The notes under the pieces: model-generated
The model's input: only the letters and a program-made list of their open reading frames with translations
Database searches by the model: none
What the model was told of the DNA's origin: nothing
Assembly (NCBI GenBank): GCA_904063045.1
Contig: CAJFCJ010000001.1
Location: forward strand, 3,038,001-3,102,000
DNA from: Dimorphilus gyrociliatus
Lineage: Eukaryota; Animalia; Annelida
Direction: 5' to 3'
Length of the DNA: 64,000 bases
Translations under genes and position numbers: made by a program
Shown: positions 41,701-53,678 of the stretch, piece after piece
Layout: each line of letters starts with the position of its first letter
Position numbering within the stretch: position 1 is the first letter of the stretch

Positions 41701-44700
41701 CCTGATCAATTTTCTAACCCATGTCCTGCGGGAACATTCAACAATAAGACAAATCAATATTCTTCATCATCTTGTTTGGCTTGCACTCCTGGATACTACT
41801 GTCAAGGAACTGGAAATACAGATCCATCTGGTAAATGTAATCCCGGTTGGTATTGTATCAATGCTTCGTCATCAGCTCAACCAGCAGACAATACTGGAGG
41901 AGAGTGTACACCAGGAAATTATTGCCCTGAGGGTTCATACGAACAGACCCCATGTACAGAAGGAAAATATTGTAACTCTTCTGGATTATCTGCACCTGTT
42001 GATTGGTGTGACGGCGGGTGGTATTGTCCCAATGGTTCTAGTTCCCCAAGAGAAATTATCTGTCCCATGGGTAGCTTCTGTCCAAGAGGAAGTAAACTGC
42101 CTGATCCATGTAGAAATGGAACATATGGAAATGCTACAGCTCTTAAAGACCAAGAAGAATGCAGAGAATGCGACCCAGGCTTTTACTGTAATGAGATTGG
42201 AGCGATAGCAGTTTCTGGTCAATGCGATAGAGGCTTTTATTGTCCACCTGGTCAAAAGACACCAACCCCATACATTTATAGATGTCCTGCAGGTCACATG
42301 TGTCAAGTAGGAACCTATATTCCACAAAGATGTCCAAATGGAGAATATCAACCTGTTGAAGGCAAATGGAGTTGTATTTCTTGTCAAGCAGGCTATTATT
42401 GCGATAATGGTCCAGCACCTATTTCATCATTAGCTAACTATACTTGTCCAGAAGGACATTATTGTCCAACAGGTACTAAAACAGCAAGACAGTATCCATG
42501 TCCTCCAGGTACATTTAACAACTTGACCAAATTGGAAAATGAGGGACAATGTCAGCCATGCTTACCAGGAAAATATTGTCAAAATAGTGGATTGTCAATG
42601 CCAGAGGGAGATTGTTTCGCAGGGTAAGCAGACATTAACTTTAGTTAAACAAATTTACATTTGGCAATATCTCAAACTTAATTTCTTAATCACAGATTCT
42701 ACTGTAATGGAAGCACCATTGAACCAAATCCACCCTATGCAATCTGTCCTATAGGAAACTACTGTCCAACTGGAGTCTATGAACCAATACCTTGTCCACC
42801 AGGTTCATTAGCTCCGTCTACAGGAAATAAAAATGTTTCAGCTTGCGAGCCATGCGCTCCTGGCCATTACTGTACACCTGAAAGTAATAAAGTTGGAAAA
42901 GCTGAAGAATGTGATCCAGGATATGTCTGTATACGCAGTGCCGAAGTTCCAAAACCAACTGACGGTGTGACAGGCTACGTATGCCCAACCGGAAATTTCT
43001 GTCCAAAAGGTTCTGGTAAAGAACAACCATGTGGATTGGGAACATTTGCAGATGTTGTAGGCCTAGGTAAATATAAAAAAAACTGATACAACAAAAAAAA
43101 AGCTTAATTGTATTTAACACATATTGCATATTAATTAATGATAACAATGCACTCCACAGCAAGTTATAGTAAGTTTATCAGCTGCATCCTCAGTAACTAA
43201 TTGTTTTGTAAAAACCCAAACATTTACTCTCATTCCTTAATGTTTAATTAGTAGTCGTTCGTGCAATTTATAAGAATTTTTTTTATAAAAAAAATAGTAA
43301 TGGAATTATTATTTCATTGACTTTTAGGTGAATGTAAAGTTTGCTTGGCTGGAAGAACTTGCCCAGAAATGGGAATGAATATCACAAATCCCTGCCCAAC
43401 CGGTCATTATTGTCCGAATGGTACTTACGATTCTGGTGTTCCATGTCCTATCGGATCTTATAATCCCCATGAGGGAATTGCCGAATCTTCCCAATGTCTA
43501 GACTGTCCTAGTGGATTATTCTGTAATCAAACTGGTATTGATACACCTTCTGGAAATTGTTCAGCTGGTTATTGGTGTGTATCTGGTGCTGAACATCCCG
43601 GACCTAATGACGGAACCAATGGACTTTGTCCAGTTGGTCATTATTGTGAAGAGGGTACTAGAAATGCAACTGCTTGTCCTCCAGGAACTCTTAATCCACA
43701 AGAAGGTGGTAAGAGCTTGTCGGATTGTAGACCATGCACAGGAGGTTACTATTGTGCCGATTATGGTATGACTATACCTTCAGGACCATGCGATAGAAGA
43801 TATTACTGCCCAGCAATTGCCAACATTTCTAACCCAACACCAGTTGATTTCAAATGTATACCTGGTCACTTCTGTCTAAATGGAACAGTTCATCCCATAC
43901 CATGTCCACCTGGAACTTATCAACCGAATGAACTTATGGATGCTTGTATACCTTGTCCTGCTGGAACCTATTGTTTGGCAAACACAAGCGTTCCTTTAGA
44001 ATGTCCAGCATACCACTTTTGCCCAGCAGGAACAATTGAACCTCAAATATGTCCTAATGGAACATTTACAAAATCAACTATTCGCAGCCTTACTAGTGAC
44101 ACGCAATGTGAAATGTGCGAAACTGGAAAATATTGTGTCGATGGTAGAGAAACTGGCGATTGTGCAGCTGGATTCTGGTGTAAGAAAGGAAATTGGCAAC
44201 CAACTCCCTTCTCAAATGAAACAGATTTAGCCATCGGAGAACCTTGTCCATATGGCTATTATTGCCCAACGGGAACTCTGAAACCAGTACAATGCCCAGA
44301 TAATCGTTTCATAGACAAGAGCGGAGCATCACACATTGGAGAATGCGGCTACTGTCCTGCAGGAAAAATCTGCGCCATTGGTGGTATTCCAAAACCATGC
44401 TGGCCGGGCCACTTCTGCCCATATAACGATACTATTTATAAATGCAACAAAACAACATACTTGGATGAATTTGGAGGAAAGAGTCCAATGGATTGCAAAG
44501 TATGCCCAGCTGGATATTACTGCTTTAAAGAGGGAATGACCAACTATTCTGTCAGCCCTTGCCCACCAGGATTTTATTGTTACGAAGCAACATCAAGCCC
44601 AATTCCATGTCCAGCTGGAACTTACAGATCTGAAGCTGGCGCCGAAAATATAACTGAATGTACTTTATGTCCTGCCGGTTATTTCTGTCCCAATGTTAAT

Positions 44701-47700
44701 ATGACCGTAAACGGTACACAATGTGATAGAGGAATGTTCTGCCCTCCAGGAAGCAAATTACAAACGATCTGTCAAGCAGGATATTATTGTAATAGAAGTA
44801 AAACTCAACAGCCTTGTCCGCAGGGATATTATTGTGAAGCCGGATCTGAAACACCAACGAGATGCCCATACGGTCACTACTGTCCAAGAAGCTACTCATC
44901 TAATGGAAACTTAAGAGGAGCGATGACACCAATCAAGTGCCCTCTTGGATACAAGATGTATGAGGGTTCTAACAGGACCACTTTTAGCGAGACTTGTGAA
45001 CCTTGCATGAAAGGATGGTATGGTAATCATCCTGAAAGAAGAGACTGCTATCCATGCAGACCAGGTGTTGTATGTAAGGAAAGGGCAATCAGTGACGTTC
45101 CTTTGAGTAACAATTCAGCATCCTTCGGAGTTAACGTTACTAGATCATATCCATGTCCAGTAGGACATTACTGTCCAAGGAATAGTTCACTACCTACTCC
45201 CTGCCCAGTTGGAACTGCTAATAAGAAACAATACCAAGGTTCTATTGATAACTGTATACCTTGTTCAAAGAATCATTTCCAACCCTATGAGGGACGTAAA
45301 GCTTGCTATTCATGCGGATCTAAAGCCACACAACCAAAGACAGGACAGCCAACTTGCATATGTAATGGAGTAGGAAGAGATTTCCAATTTTCCGACAGAG
45401 ACTGCCCTTGTAAAGTTGGATATAGAGTTATGCTCGGAAGAGAAACTGACTGTGTCAAACACGTCTATGACAATTGCGTTGAAGGAGAAACAAGAACTCA
45501 AGATGGTCTGTGTTACACAGCTAAACAATGGGAAACTCATTGCACAAACAACGTATGTGGAGGAGTAGAAAAATATGCAGGTGTAGAGAAATTGATTGGC
45601 TTATGCAAATGTATTACAGAAGATATTGATGATATATGTGATCTTAATTGTCGATTGAAACAAAGAAATTCTATACAATTACATTGTCCAGAAAACTTGG
45701 CGCCATTTATTTCAGTAAAAAATCAAAATGGACAACCTCTTGCCGAGTTCAAAGTGGAAAATCTCGGAAAAGTTATTAACAGTCAAGATGCTTTTGGAGC
45801 TGATACTTGTACTAAGAAGGGAGCTGAACCGGAACCTATGCATTTACTAGAATGTTCAAGCGATGGTTTCTTCGGTATTTATGAACCTGAAGGCGAACAA
45901 TTGAAGAGCTTATTCTTAAACAATTACAAGGGCATAGTTAGCTTGAATCAAACTCAAGGAGGTAAACACGGCTATACTTATTCGAGAAGAAAAAGAGATC
46001 TTATACACTCTAGGCGTAGAAGAGCGGCATCAACCCTACCTGGGTCGGTCAATTCTGGAGTTTCAAACCCAACTGTTTGCTTGAAATATGGAGAAAGAAT
46101 GCTTTGGACAATCACTAAAGATCATTACCCAGTTTACGACAGAAATAATCTATTCAATACCAATGAGAAATTCGATTTCGGAGGCTTTAGAAAGTTAATA
46201 GAAAAGAAGAGTCAACTATCCTCTTCGGCTACCTTGTTTGCCTACAGATTCGTTGATCCTGGAGCGTATGCTTTCTACTTAAGTTCGAATGTCTATAAGA
46301 AAATGTACATCCGAGTTATGGCTGAAGATGCTCAGTGCACAGAAGATGGTCCATTCTTCCCTACAACACCACGATATGTTATTCAGAATGGCTTATCTAT
46401 TGATCAAGATATTCTCAGAGCACCAGATTGGGTTGTCATTGTGGTTCTTTTGGCTCTGATGATAGCCGCTTTCATTATTCTTATTATTGCGCTTATCTTA
46501 TTTAGGAAATATGGATGGAATAAGTCTATGTTTATTAACCCTAAATACAGAAGAGTTACGAGGAAATATAATATGGAAGACTATTCTAGTAAGGGAGCAG
46601 CTGTCAGCGCTGCTAAGAAGTATCATAGACTGGGTCTTGCTCAGGAGGATGATGACGATGATACTACTTTGGCAATTGCCGGAAAAACAACTGGTGACGA
46701 ATACTGGGATTATGACAAACAAGTTGACTTGGAGGCTTTCTCATCACCTAAATTATACGAAATTCTGTCTGGTCAAAGTAGGGCAGTTACAAGAGATCTT
46801 AGCAAACAAAAGGAAGAAGCTAAGAATATGTATCAAAAGGTTAATAATCAAGTTGATTCACTTAAAGGACTGTGGTTGGCTAAATTCAATTTGGATCCAG
46901 TTAGAGCTGGTTTGGCCACACATGAAGATGTAGCTGCATACGAACTGAAATTGCATGAACTTGAAAGAGAATTAGAACGACGTAAGGATCTAGGTTCTAA
47001 ATACGAAAATGTTCTCGAAAGAATTCGTGAATTACAAGATACTGATGAAGAATTAAGACTCAAACATCAAGTTGCCTTTGATAGTCTAACTAGGGAAGCC
47101 ATAAGACAGATTGATCAACATGTAGAAAGACTCCAAAGAGGAAAGGTTATCAAGAGTAACGGTGAATTTGATATGAATCAGCATCAGAGCATTTTAGGCA
47201 GAATCCAATTATTAATTAGCAAAGCTGATGATGAAATAACTACTGAGTGTACCAGACTCGGAGTTAGTGGAATATTAGGTGATGGAACTGGAGCACCATT
47301 AATCGGACCAAATTCTGAACCTCTCAAGAAAAATCAATTGCTAACAGAAGAAGGATCAGTAAGAGCAAAGGATATATTATTCGAGGATCCTATAACAGGT
47401 TTGATTAAGATCAGAAAAGGTTCTAAAATGCTTACAGCCGATGGTGATATTGTTAATGTTCCAAGTAATTATGTACTTAATACGCACACTGGTAAAGTTC
47501 TTCCAATTGAAGTTGCCGCTTCATTCGACCCCGTTGCTTACAAATTGGTAGTTACAGTGGATAACATAAGCTGTGATACTCGTCACTCAGAACCACTTTT
47601 ACCGTATATACCAATAACCTCTTCAACTCCTATTAAATTTAAACAACCAGAAAACCGAAGGAACTTAAGACTTGGCGAGCCAATAGAAGATCCCGAGAGC

Positions 47701-50700
47701 GGTCTTAACGTACCCATACTAGGCGTGACTATCCATCCAACAACTGGAGCTGTAATCCCAGTTGGTGGTGCCTTTATTGATCCTGTGACAAGATTACTAA
47801 CACCAATTGAAATTGGAGCAATGATGGAAGATCCTGATAATTCAGAATCCCCAGTTCCAATTTTGGGTATAACAATTGACCAAGAGACTGGTAAAGTCTT
47901 ACCTGTTGGTGGATCCCGAACCTCATCTAAGGGAATTGTACCCATTATTCCTTTCGATAATTGTATAGAAAACCTCAGCGGAAAAACAGTAAAAGTAAAC
48001 GGAGCTTATGTAAGAGGAGCTCATGTTAACCCATCTCATGGTGGCATGCAAAGTCTGTACGATTCCATCTCACTTTTCTGTGAAGCTAAACTTTCTCATG
48101 CAACTGGTTCACTTGTTGATGCTCTCCAGAAAGTATCTAATATCTCTACAGGTTCCACTTTAAATATTCGTCACGAAACATCTAATTTGAAAACAATCAG
48201 TGATGATCTTGAAAAGGGAAGGAAAACTATGAAAAATTCTCTTATACGTACTTGTCTCGATTATGAAAGACGATTGGAAAAGACTCATGCCTTGGCAACT
48301 ACTGGAGGTTGTCCAGGCATGTACGAACACTCCCAAACAGGTCAACTTCTCCCGATACTCGTTGGAACAAACATCAGAGATACAGGAACTGAAATGGATG
48401 TACCTATCCTTGGAATTAGACGAGAAAAAACAACTGGTAAACTGAAACCACTAGGCGGTACTCATGAAGATCCAGAGGGATCTGGCTTGGTGCCAATCCT
48501 TCTTGGACATCATGCAATAGATCCTATTAACGGAAAGCTATCAACAATATCAGGAGTTAGATTTGAAAATAAAACAAATACAGTTGTACCGGTAACAGTA
48601 TCAAGTTCGAATAGGAAGCATAGAAAACCACCTCTAGGAGCACTCTCCGCCTTAGAAGATGAAATAGTGGCAAGAAAGAGCTTCTGGAGAAGACAAAGAC
48701 AAAGGGAGCAAGAATTAACTGTTCAAGAACATAAACTACAAACCGAGATTATGTTCCATATACAAACCTTGAAAATCGACCAAATAGAAGGTGCACTGAA
48801 TGCATTTGAAGAAAAGGCACATGATCTTTCCGAAGCTTGGAAGAGAGAGCAGAGAAGAAGAGGAGATGCCCATGGTGAAATTTCAGCTATTGTTCCACCC
48901 AATATTGTTTCTGTTTTAACTCTTAACGATGAAGAAGAACAAAAATCAGAGGAAGAACATCACAATGCTCATAAAAAGTATACCGAAACAATTAAGAAGT
49001 TATGCAGCAAATTAAGAGCCGAACACAATAAACTTAAGACTAAACTATCAGAATTAGAAGGAGCAATGAATCCACAAGCTGAACAGACTGCTCACTCGCG
49101 ATTTGAACAGGCAGTTAGTAGATTACAAGGAGAATTGAAAATGCATTTATTGCAGAAAATGGAAAATTTAGACAAGAAACAATCATCTGAAGAATATTCA
49201 AGACAAAGAAGTGAAATTTTGATGAACGAAGCTAAAGCAATATTGAATGGAGATATTTTAGTCGCTGGTGAGTTTGATTGGAGTTCAGCTGGTATCTTCT
49301 CAGAAGGAGAGGGAGAAAACTCCAACGAACTACTGCCATTATTGAAACAACTATTACAAATGCTTCAAAGCGGACAACCATTCTACTTATCGTCAGATTT
49401 ACTTACAACTTTGCAAGGCGGCGATGTTACTATTTACCAAGGCAATAACTTACAGGTTAATGGACAATCCGGTCATGCTACTTCGTCCAGTTCATCTGCT
49501 GCTCAAGGAACAGTCGATGGTCCTGGTAGAAGCAACGTAGTACATGCTACTCATGTACAAAGAGCTGAACAGGTTACAGGAACAGTTGATGTAAGTGCTA
49601 ATACATCAGCTTTAGTCGGAACAAAAGACTTGGAAGAAGGCTCAGGAGAATCGAAAGCAAGACAAATGTTTACAAAACAATCTTACGAGGCTGCTAAATT
49701 AGAAAATGACCTCAAGAGTGACGAAATCAGAAGAATAAATGAAACTGTTCATGAATATGAGAATAAAAAGAAAGGAGCAATGACAGAAGTAGCAAGAGAT
49801 CTCCAAGATAAATTACTTAAGGCTAATAGTGAGAGTGATAGAGAAAGAATTGTAGCTGAATACGGAAGACAACTTCAGAAATTGACAGATGCTCTTGAAA
49901 AACAAAAGCAAAAACAATTAGAAAAATTAAGAAGAGAATTGATAGAAAAGAGGAAGGCTGAAAAGAAACACCTTCATAGAAAACACATCGGTATGTTATT
50001 TAATTTATTTTTTTATTTAATTATAGATGACCTAATTTAAAAAAAAAAAAACACAATACTTTCTATTCTAGGTGAAGCTCAAAACTTGGGTATTCCCTTG
50101 GAATTTGTACCTCAAATATCAATGCCTCCTCATGCTCAATTGGAAGCTGATATTCAACATCTAACATACGAACAACAGAAATATCTCGCGGAACAAGAGC
50201 ACGCCAATGCACAGAGCAACGAAATGACAGGTACTGAAGGATTAGGAGTTTCCAGTGCAGAAATAGACGCTTATGTCGCAACATTAGATCTAGATCCAAC
50301 TCAACAGGCTCAAATGGCAGAAACATTGAAAACGATGAACGAAAGAGCTCAGGAAAGAGGAACTAAATTGAAATCTTTACTCAAATCTAGAAAGGGAAGA
50401 AACAAGGAAAGACCAGTAGACGTTGATGGCTTATCGGACGATGACAAGAAAAATCTTCTCACAGCTACTTCAGCCCAAGTTGGTGCTGATAGAATTAATG
50501 AAGATAATGCTCTATTAAACGGATTGAGAGGAGCTCACTTAGAAGAACAAAGAAAGGCCGAAGAAGAAACTTTACGTAAAACAATGAAAGGTGTATCAGA
50601 AAGTGATATAAGAAAGATCTTGGAAGAATTAGATAGGCATAGAGTACAAGCTAAGGTTCTAGCTGATAGAAATCAAGTAAGCCAGAGAGATGCCCTCTTG

Positions 50701-53678
50701 GCAAGATTGGAAGCTAAGAGAAGGATAAAGGAAGAACTATTGAAAGAGGGATCTGTCTCTGAGGAATTAGACCATATCGTTAAGAAACAAGCTGAGAAAT
50801 ACGATCAAGAAACTGAAGAAATCGTTACTGATGTTGTCGGAAATCTTAAAAACGCCTATGATAGTAAAGATAGAAAAAATCTTCATCTCGAACAAGAACA
50901 ATTACAAGCTGAAATGGATGTCAAATATAGACAAAAAGTGAGGGAAATGGAGGAAAATCTAGAAGAAGAGGAAGCTAAAGAAGCGAGAGAAACTGAAAAC
51001 CAACTGGAAGATCAAAAGAGATTGGCAATAGACGCCAAAAAGAGTACCTTTGATAGGGAAATGTTGCTACACGGAAAGGGATTGAGCGACGAAGAATTCC
51101 AGAAAATGATGAAAAAACACGAAAAGGAATTAAATCGCTTGAAAAATCTATTTGACTGCGAAAAAGTTCGTCAGAGGAAAGCTTTGGAGAGGAAGATTGC
51201 TGAAAGAAAGAAGACAAGAGGTGAGAGGCTGAAAGAGGATTATAAACTATCTCTTAGCAAGGAACTTAGCGCCCAACAAACAGAAAGAGACAAAGCACAT
51301 AATGATGCTGCAAAGGCTATCGAAGAAAAACTTCTCAAGGAAAAACTAAAAGATAATGACGATGCCGAAAACCTCGTTTACACTGTACTAAGACAGAGAC
51401 ATATGAGAGATGCTGTTCATCTCGAGGAGAGACTAGCTAGAGAGAAAGAAGCAGCAATTGCCGAAGCTAAAGCTCTTGTTGCTCAGCGTAGAGCAGAAGA
51501 TCGTGAAAAGCTTGAAAATGCACATGAAAAGGAACTGACAGAACTTGTTGCAAATAACATTTCAATGTCTGGCGCCGAACTCCAGCAAAAGATTGATGAA
51601 TTGAACAAAAAGTACAAACAACAAATGAGAGAATACGATTCCTTAACCGACAAAATGGTATTAACAGCTGGAAGTGATGTTGAACCTCAAATTGAAATAG
51701 ACCAAACTAATGCTAGGTTGGCTCTAAAAGAAAAACACTTGAGAGAAATTGCCAATGCTATGAAAAAGATTGATTTGGAAGCAAATATCAGAGCAGAATA
51801 TGAAGCAGCTGCCAGAGAAGCTGAGGAAGAGGCAAAACGTTTCAGAGAAAGTACTTTTGTTAAATTACAAAAGGAATTAGAACAACAAAAAGCAGAAGCT
51901 AGAAGAAAGGATGAAGAAAAACGATTAGAGATTGAAAAACAGATGAAGGACATCGAAAGTCAATTGGCTCTTGAGTTACAGAAGGAAGCTGAAGAAATAA
52001 TGAAGAGAGAAGCTGAAAGAGAAGAAACTAGAAGGAGACAACTCGAAGAAAAAGCCATGCAAGAACGTCAAGCAATTATATCGGCTAATGTTAGTGAAGA
52101 TGAACGTAAAAAGCTACTTGAAGACCATGATAAGAATTTGGAAAGATTGAATTCCACTCTTCTAACAGAGAAGGAGAAGGTTGCTTCGGCTCTGAATGGT
52201 AAGTTACTGAAATTATAATCCTATATTTAATACAAAAATTAAAATTCATTTTTTCAATATTAGCCAAACTGGAAGCAAGAAGAAAGGCAAAAGAAGAACT
52301 TGAAAAGGCTAAAGTTGAAAAGAATGCCATATTAGGAGAGGAAAATCAAAATTATCAGAATCTACAAACTTCCCTGCAACGACAAACAGAAATCAACCAA
52401 CAGAAAGACGCAAAGGCTAAAACTGCAGGAACACAACAATCTATGCCAATACCAAAATCATCCGGTATGGAACAAGATTGGATGAACATGTTACTCGCTT
52501 CTCCTCTATTCCAACAAATTAGCGAATTAGAACAAATTCTTGACAAGAATTCTGGTAATGCTGCAAACTTTGTCCAAGGAGGTGATTATTCACAGGCCTA
52601 TATTGACGTTAAAGATGCCCAATGGACTTGTGGAGGAAAACTTAAAACAACTGATATTTCTAACATTTCTCCTGCTCATTTCGTTCTTTATCGTTTCGGA
52701 GTTTTCGTCGTTAAACTACTCAATCATACTATTCAGACACCTCAAGTTACACTCATGTTGGCGTCTAACCTACCAAAGAACAATTACGATCAGAACTGCT
52801 TCAGAAATTCATTCTTCTACGAAAGGGCTAATAACATCCTCTACGTAAGACAAGAACGTCTTGAGTCAGTAGGAGATTTTGTTCTCCTATTGGTGCATGC
52901 ACTGGCTCACATAAATTGCGATGAATTGAGCAGCGACAACAATCCTCTATTCTTGAGAACTTTCTACAGAGGTTTGAGAGTCGTTTGTCAAGATATGTTC
53001 TTCTCTCGATCGCGTACATCCGAAACTTCGCTAAGAATGATGACATCAACCGGACCAGGAGGAAGAGCAGCTTTGGAACACGCCTTTAAACTAACGAATA
53101 TCGCTCCATTGAAGGTTAACGTTACAGAAGAATTAATTGAACAGAGAATCATCGAGGGATCTAACTCAACCGACTTGGAGAAGGAAGCCGATATATTGAA
53201 GATGAAGATGTTAATTCAGTCTTCAAGCGGAGATTCTCAAACAAACATTATTGAAGCTAAAATGGCCTCCTTAAAGGGACAAGAACCACCGAAAGTCCTA
53301 TCTGGATCAGATTCGAAGAAGAGCGTCCAACAAATTAATTCTAGCGCAGAATTCCTTCAGAGTCAGATAACCGATCTACAAGGCAAAATTGATACAATTA
53401 ATGAACAGATGGCTGAGGTGAGAATTCTATACAATACGTGTTTAATGACAAACAATTAATGAATATTTATATTATTATTCTAGCAAATGTCGCAAGAAAT
53501 CCAATACAGAGAAGGCGTAAAAGTTGCTAAATCAGGCAGCGATAAAGACCAACTAAACGAAATAGAGAAACAATTGAATGAATGTATAGGCAGAAGAGAA
53601 GGAACTCAACAGCAATTGAAAATACTTGAAACCCAATTGCAAGAGAAATTTTCTCAGCTGAAAAAATTTGGAAAATGA
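20703..53678 (+). CDS. Giant (~9,900 aa) type I membrane protein: signal peptide, Cys-rich CPxGxYC (GCC2_GCC3 / ephrin-receptor-like) repeat ectodomain, one TM helix, cytosolic hairpin repeats, coiled coil and C-terminal globular domain; ~28 exons
   Basis: Exon 1 (20703-20772) encodes MLNKRWSLLYLCILIFNSLETTE(G). Exon 2 is 20870-20969 and a 1.3-kb intron follows (20970-22278). All long + strand ORFs from 22279 to 53678 then join in frame through about 25 GT-AG introns, mostly 48-81 nt (one of 261 nt), each checked by eye. Stop TGA at 53676-53678 after FSQLKKFGK. Confidence 0.88.
22279..45650 (+). repeat. Cys-rich tandem protein repeat array of the giant gene (CPxGxYC / CxxCxxGxYC units), with a ~2.05-kb higher-order period between ~29,270 and ~42,600
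   Basis: Well over a hundred CPxG[YFH][YF]C-type motifs in the translated ORFs. Landmark W-x-x-C-P codons at 30367, 32561, 34601, 36929, 38960 and 41155. Confidence 0.9.
46429..46503 (+). other. Single transmembrane helix of the giant protein
   Basis: WVVIVVLLALMIAAFIILIIALILF followed by basic RKYGWNK (positive-inside rule). Confidence 0.85.

Noticed and set aside
22362-53049. Dozens of 60-225 aa alternative-frame and antisense ORFs overlapping the giant gene
   Set aside because: Expected by-products of a long, codon-biased repetitive CDS; no recognisable motifs or independent splice/start signals.
20703-53678. Idea that the Cys-rich gene is a ciliate/protist surface antigen (contaminant or recent horizontal transfer)
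   Set aside because: It reads in the standard code with TAA/TAG as stops, has the same short GT-AG introns as its neighbours, and is contiguous with typical animal genes.
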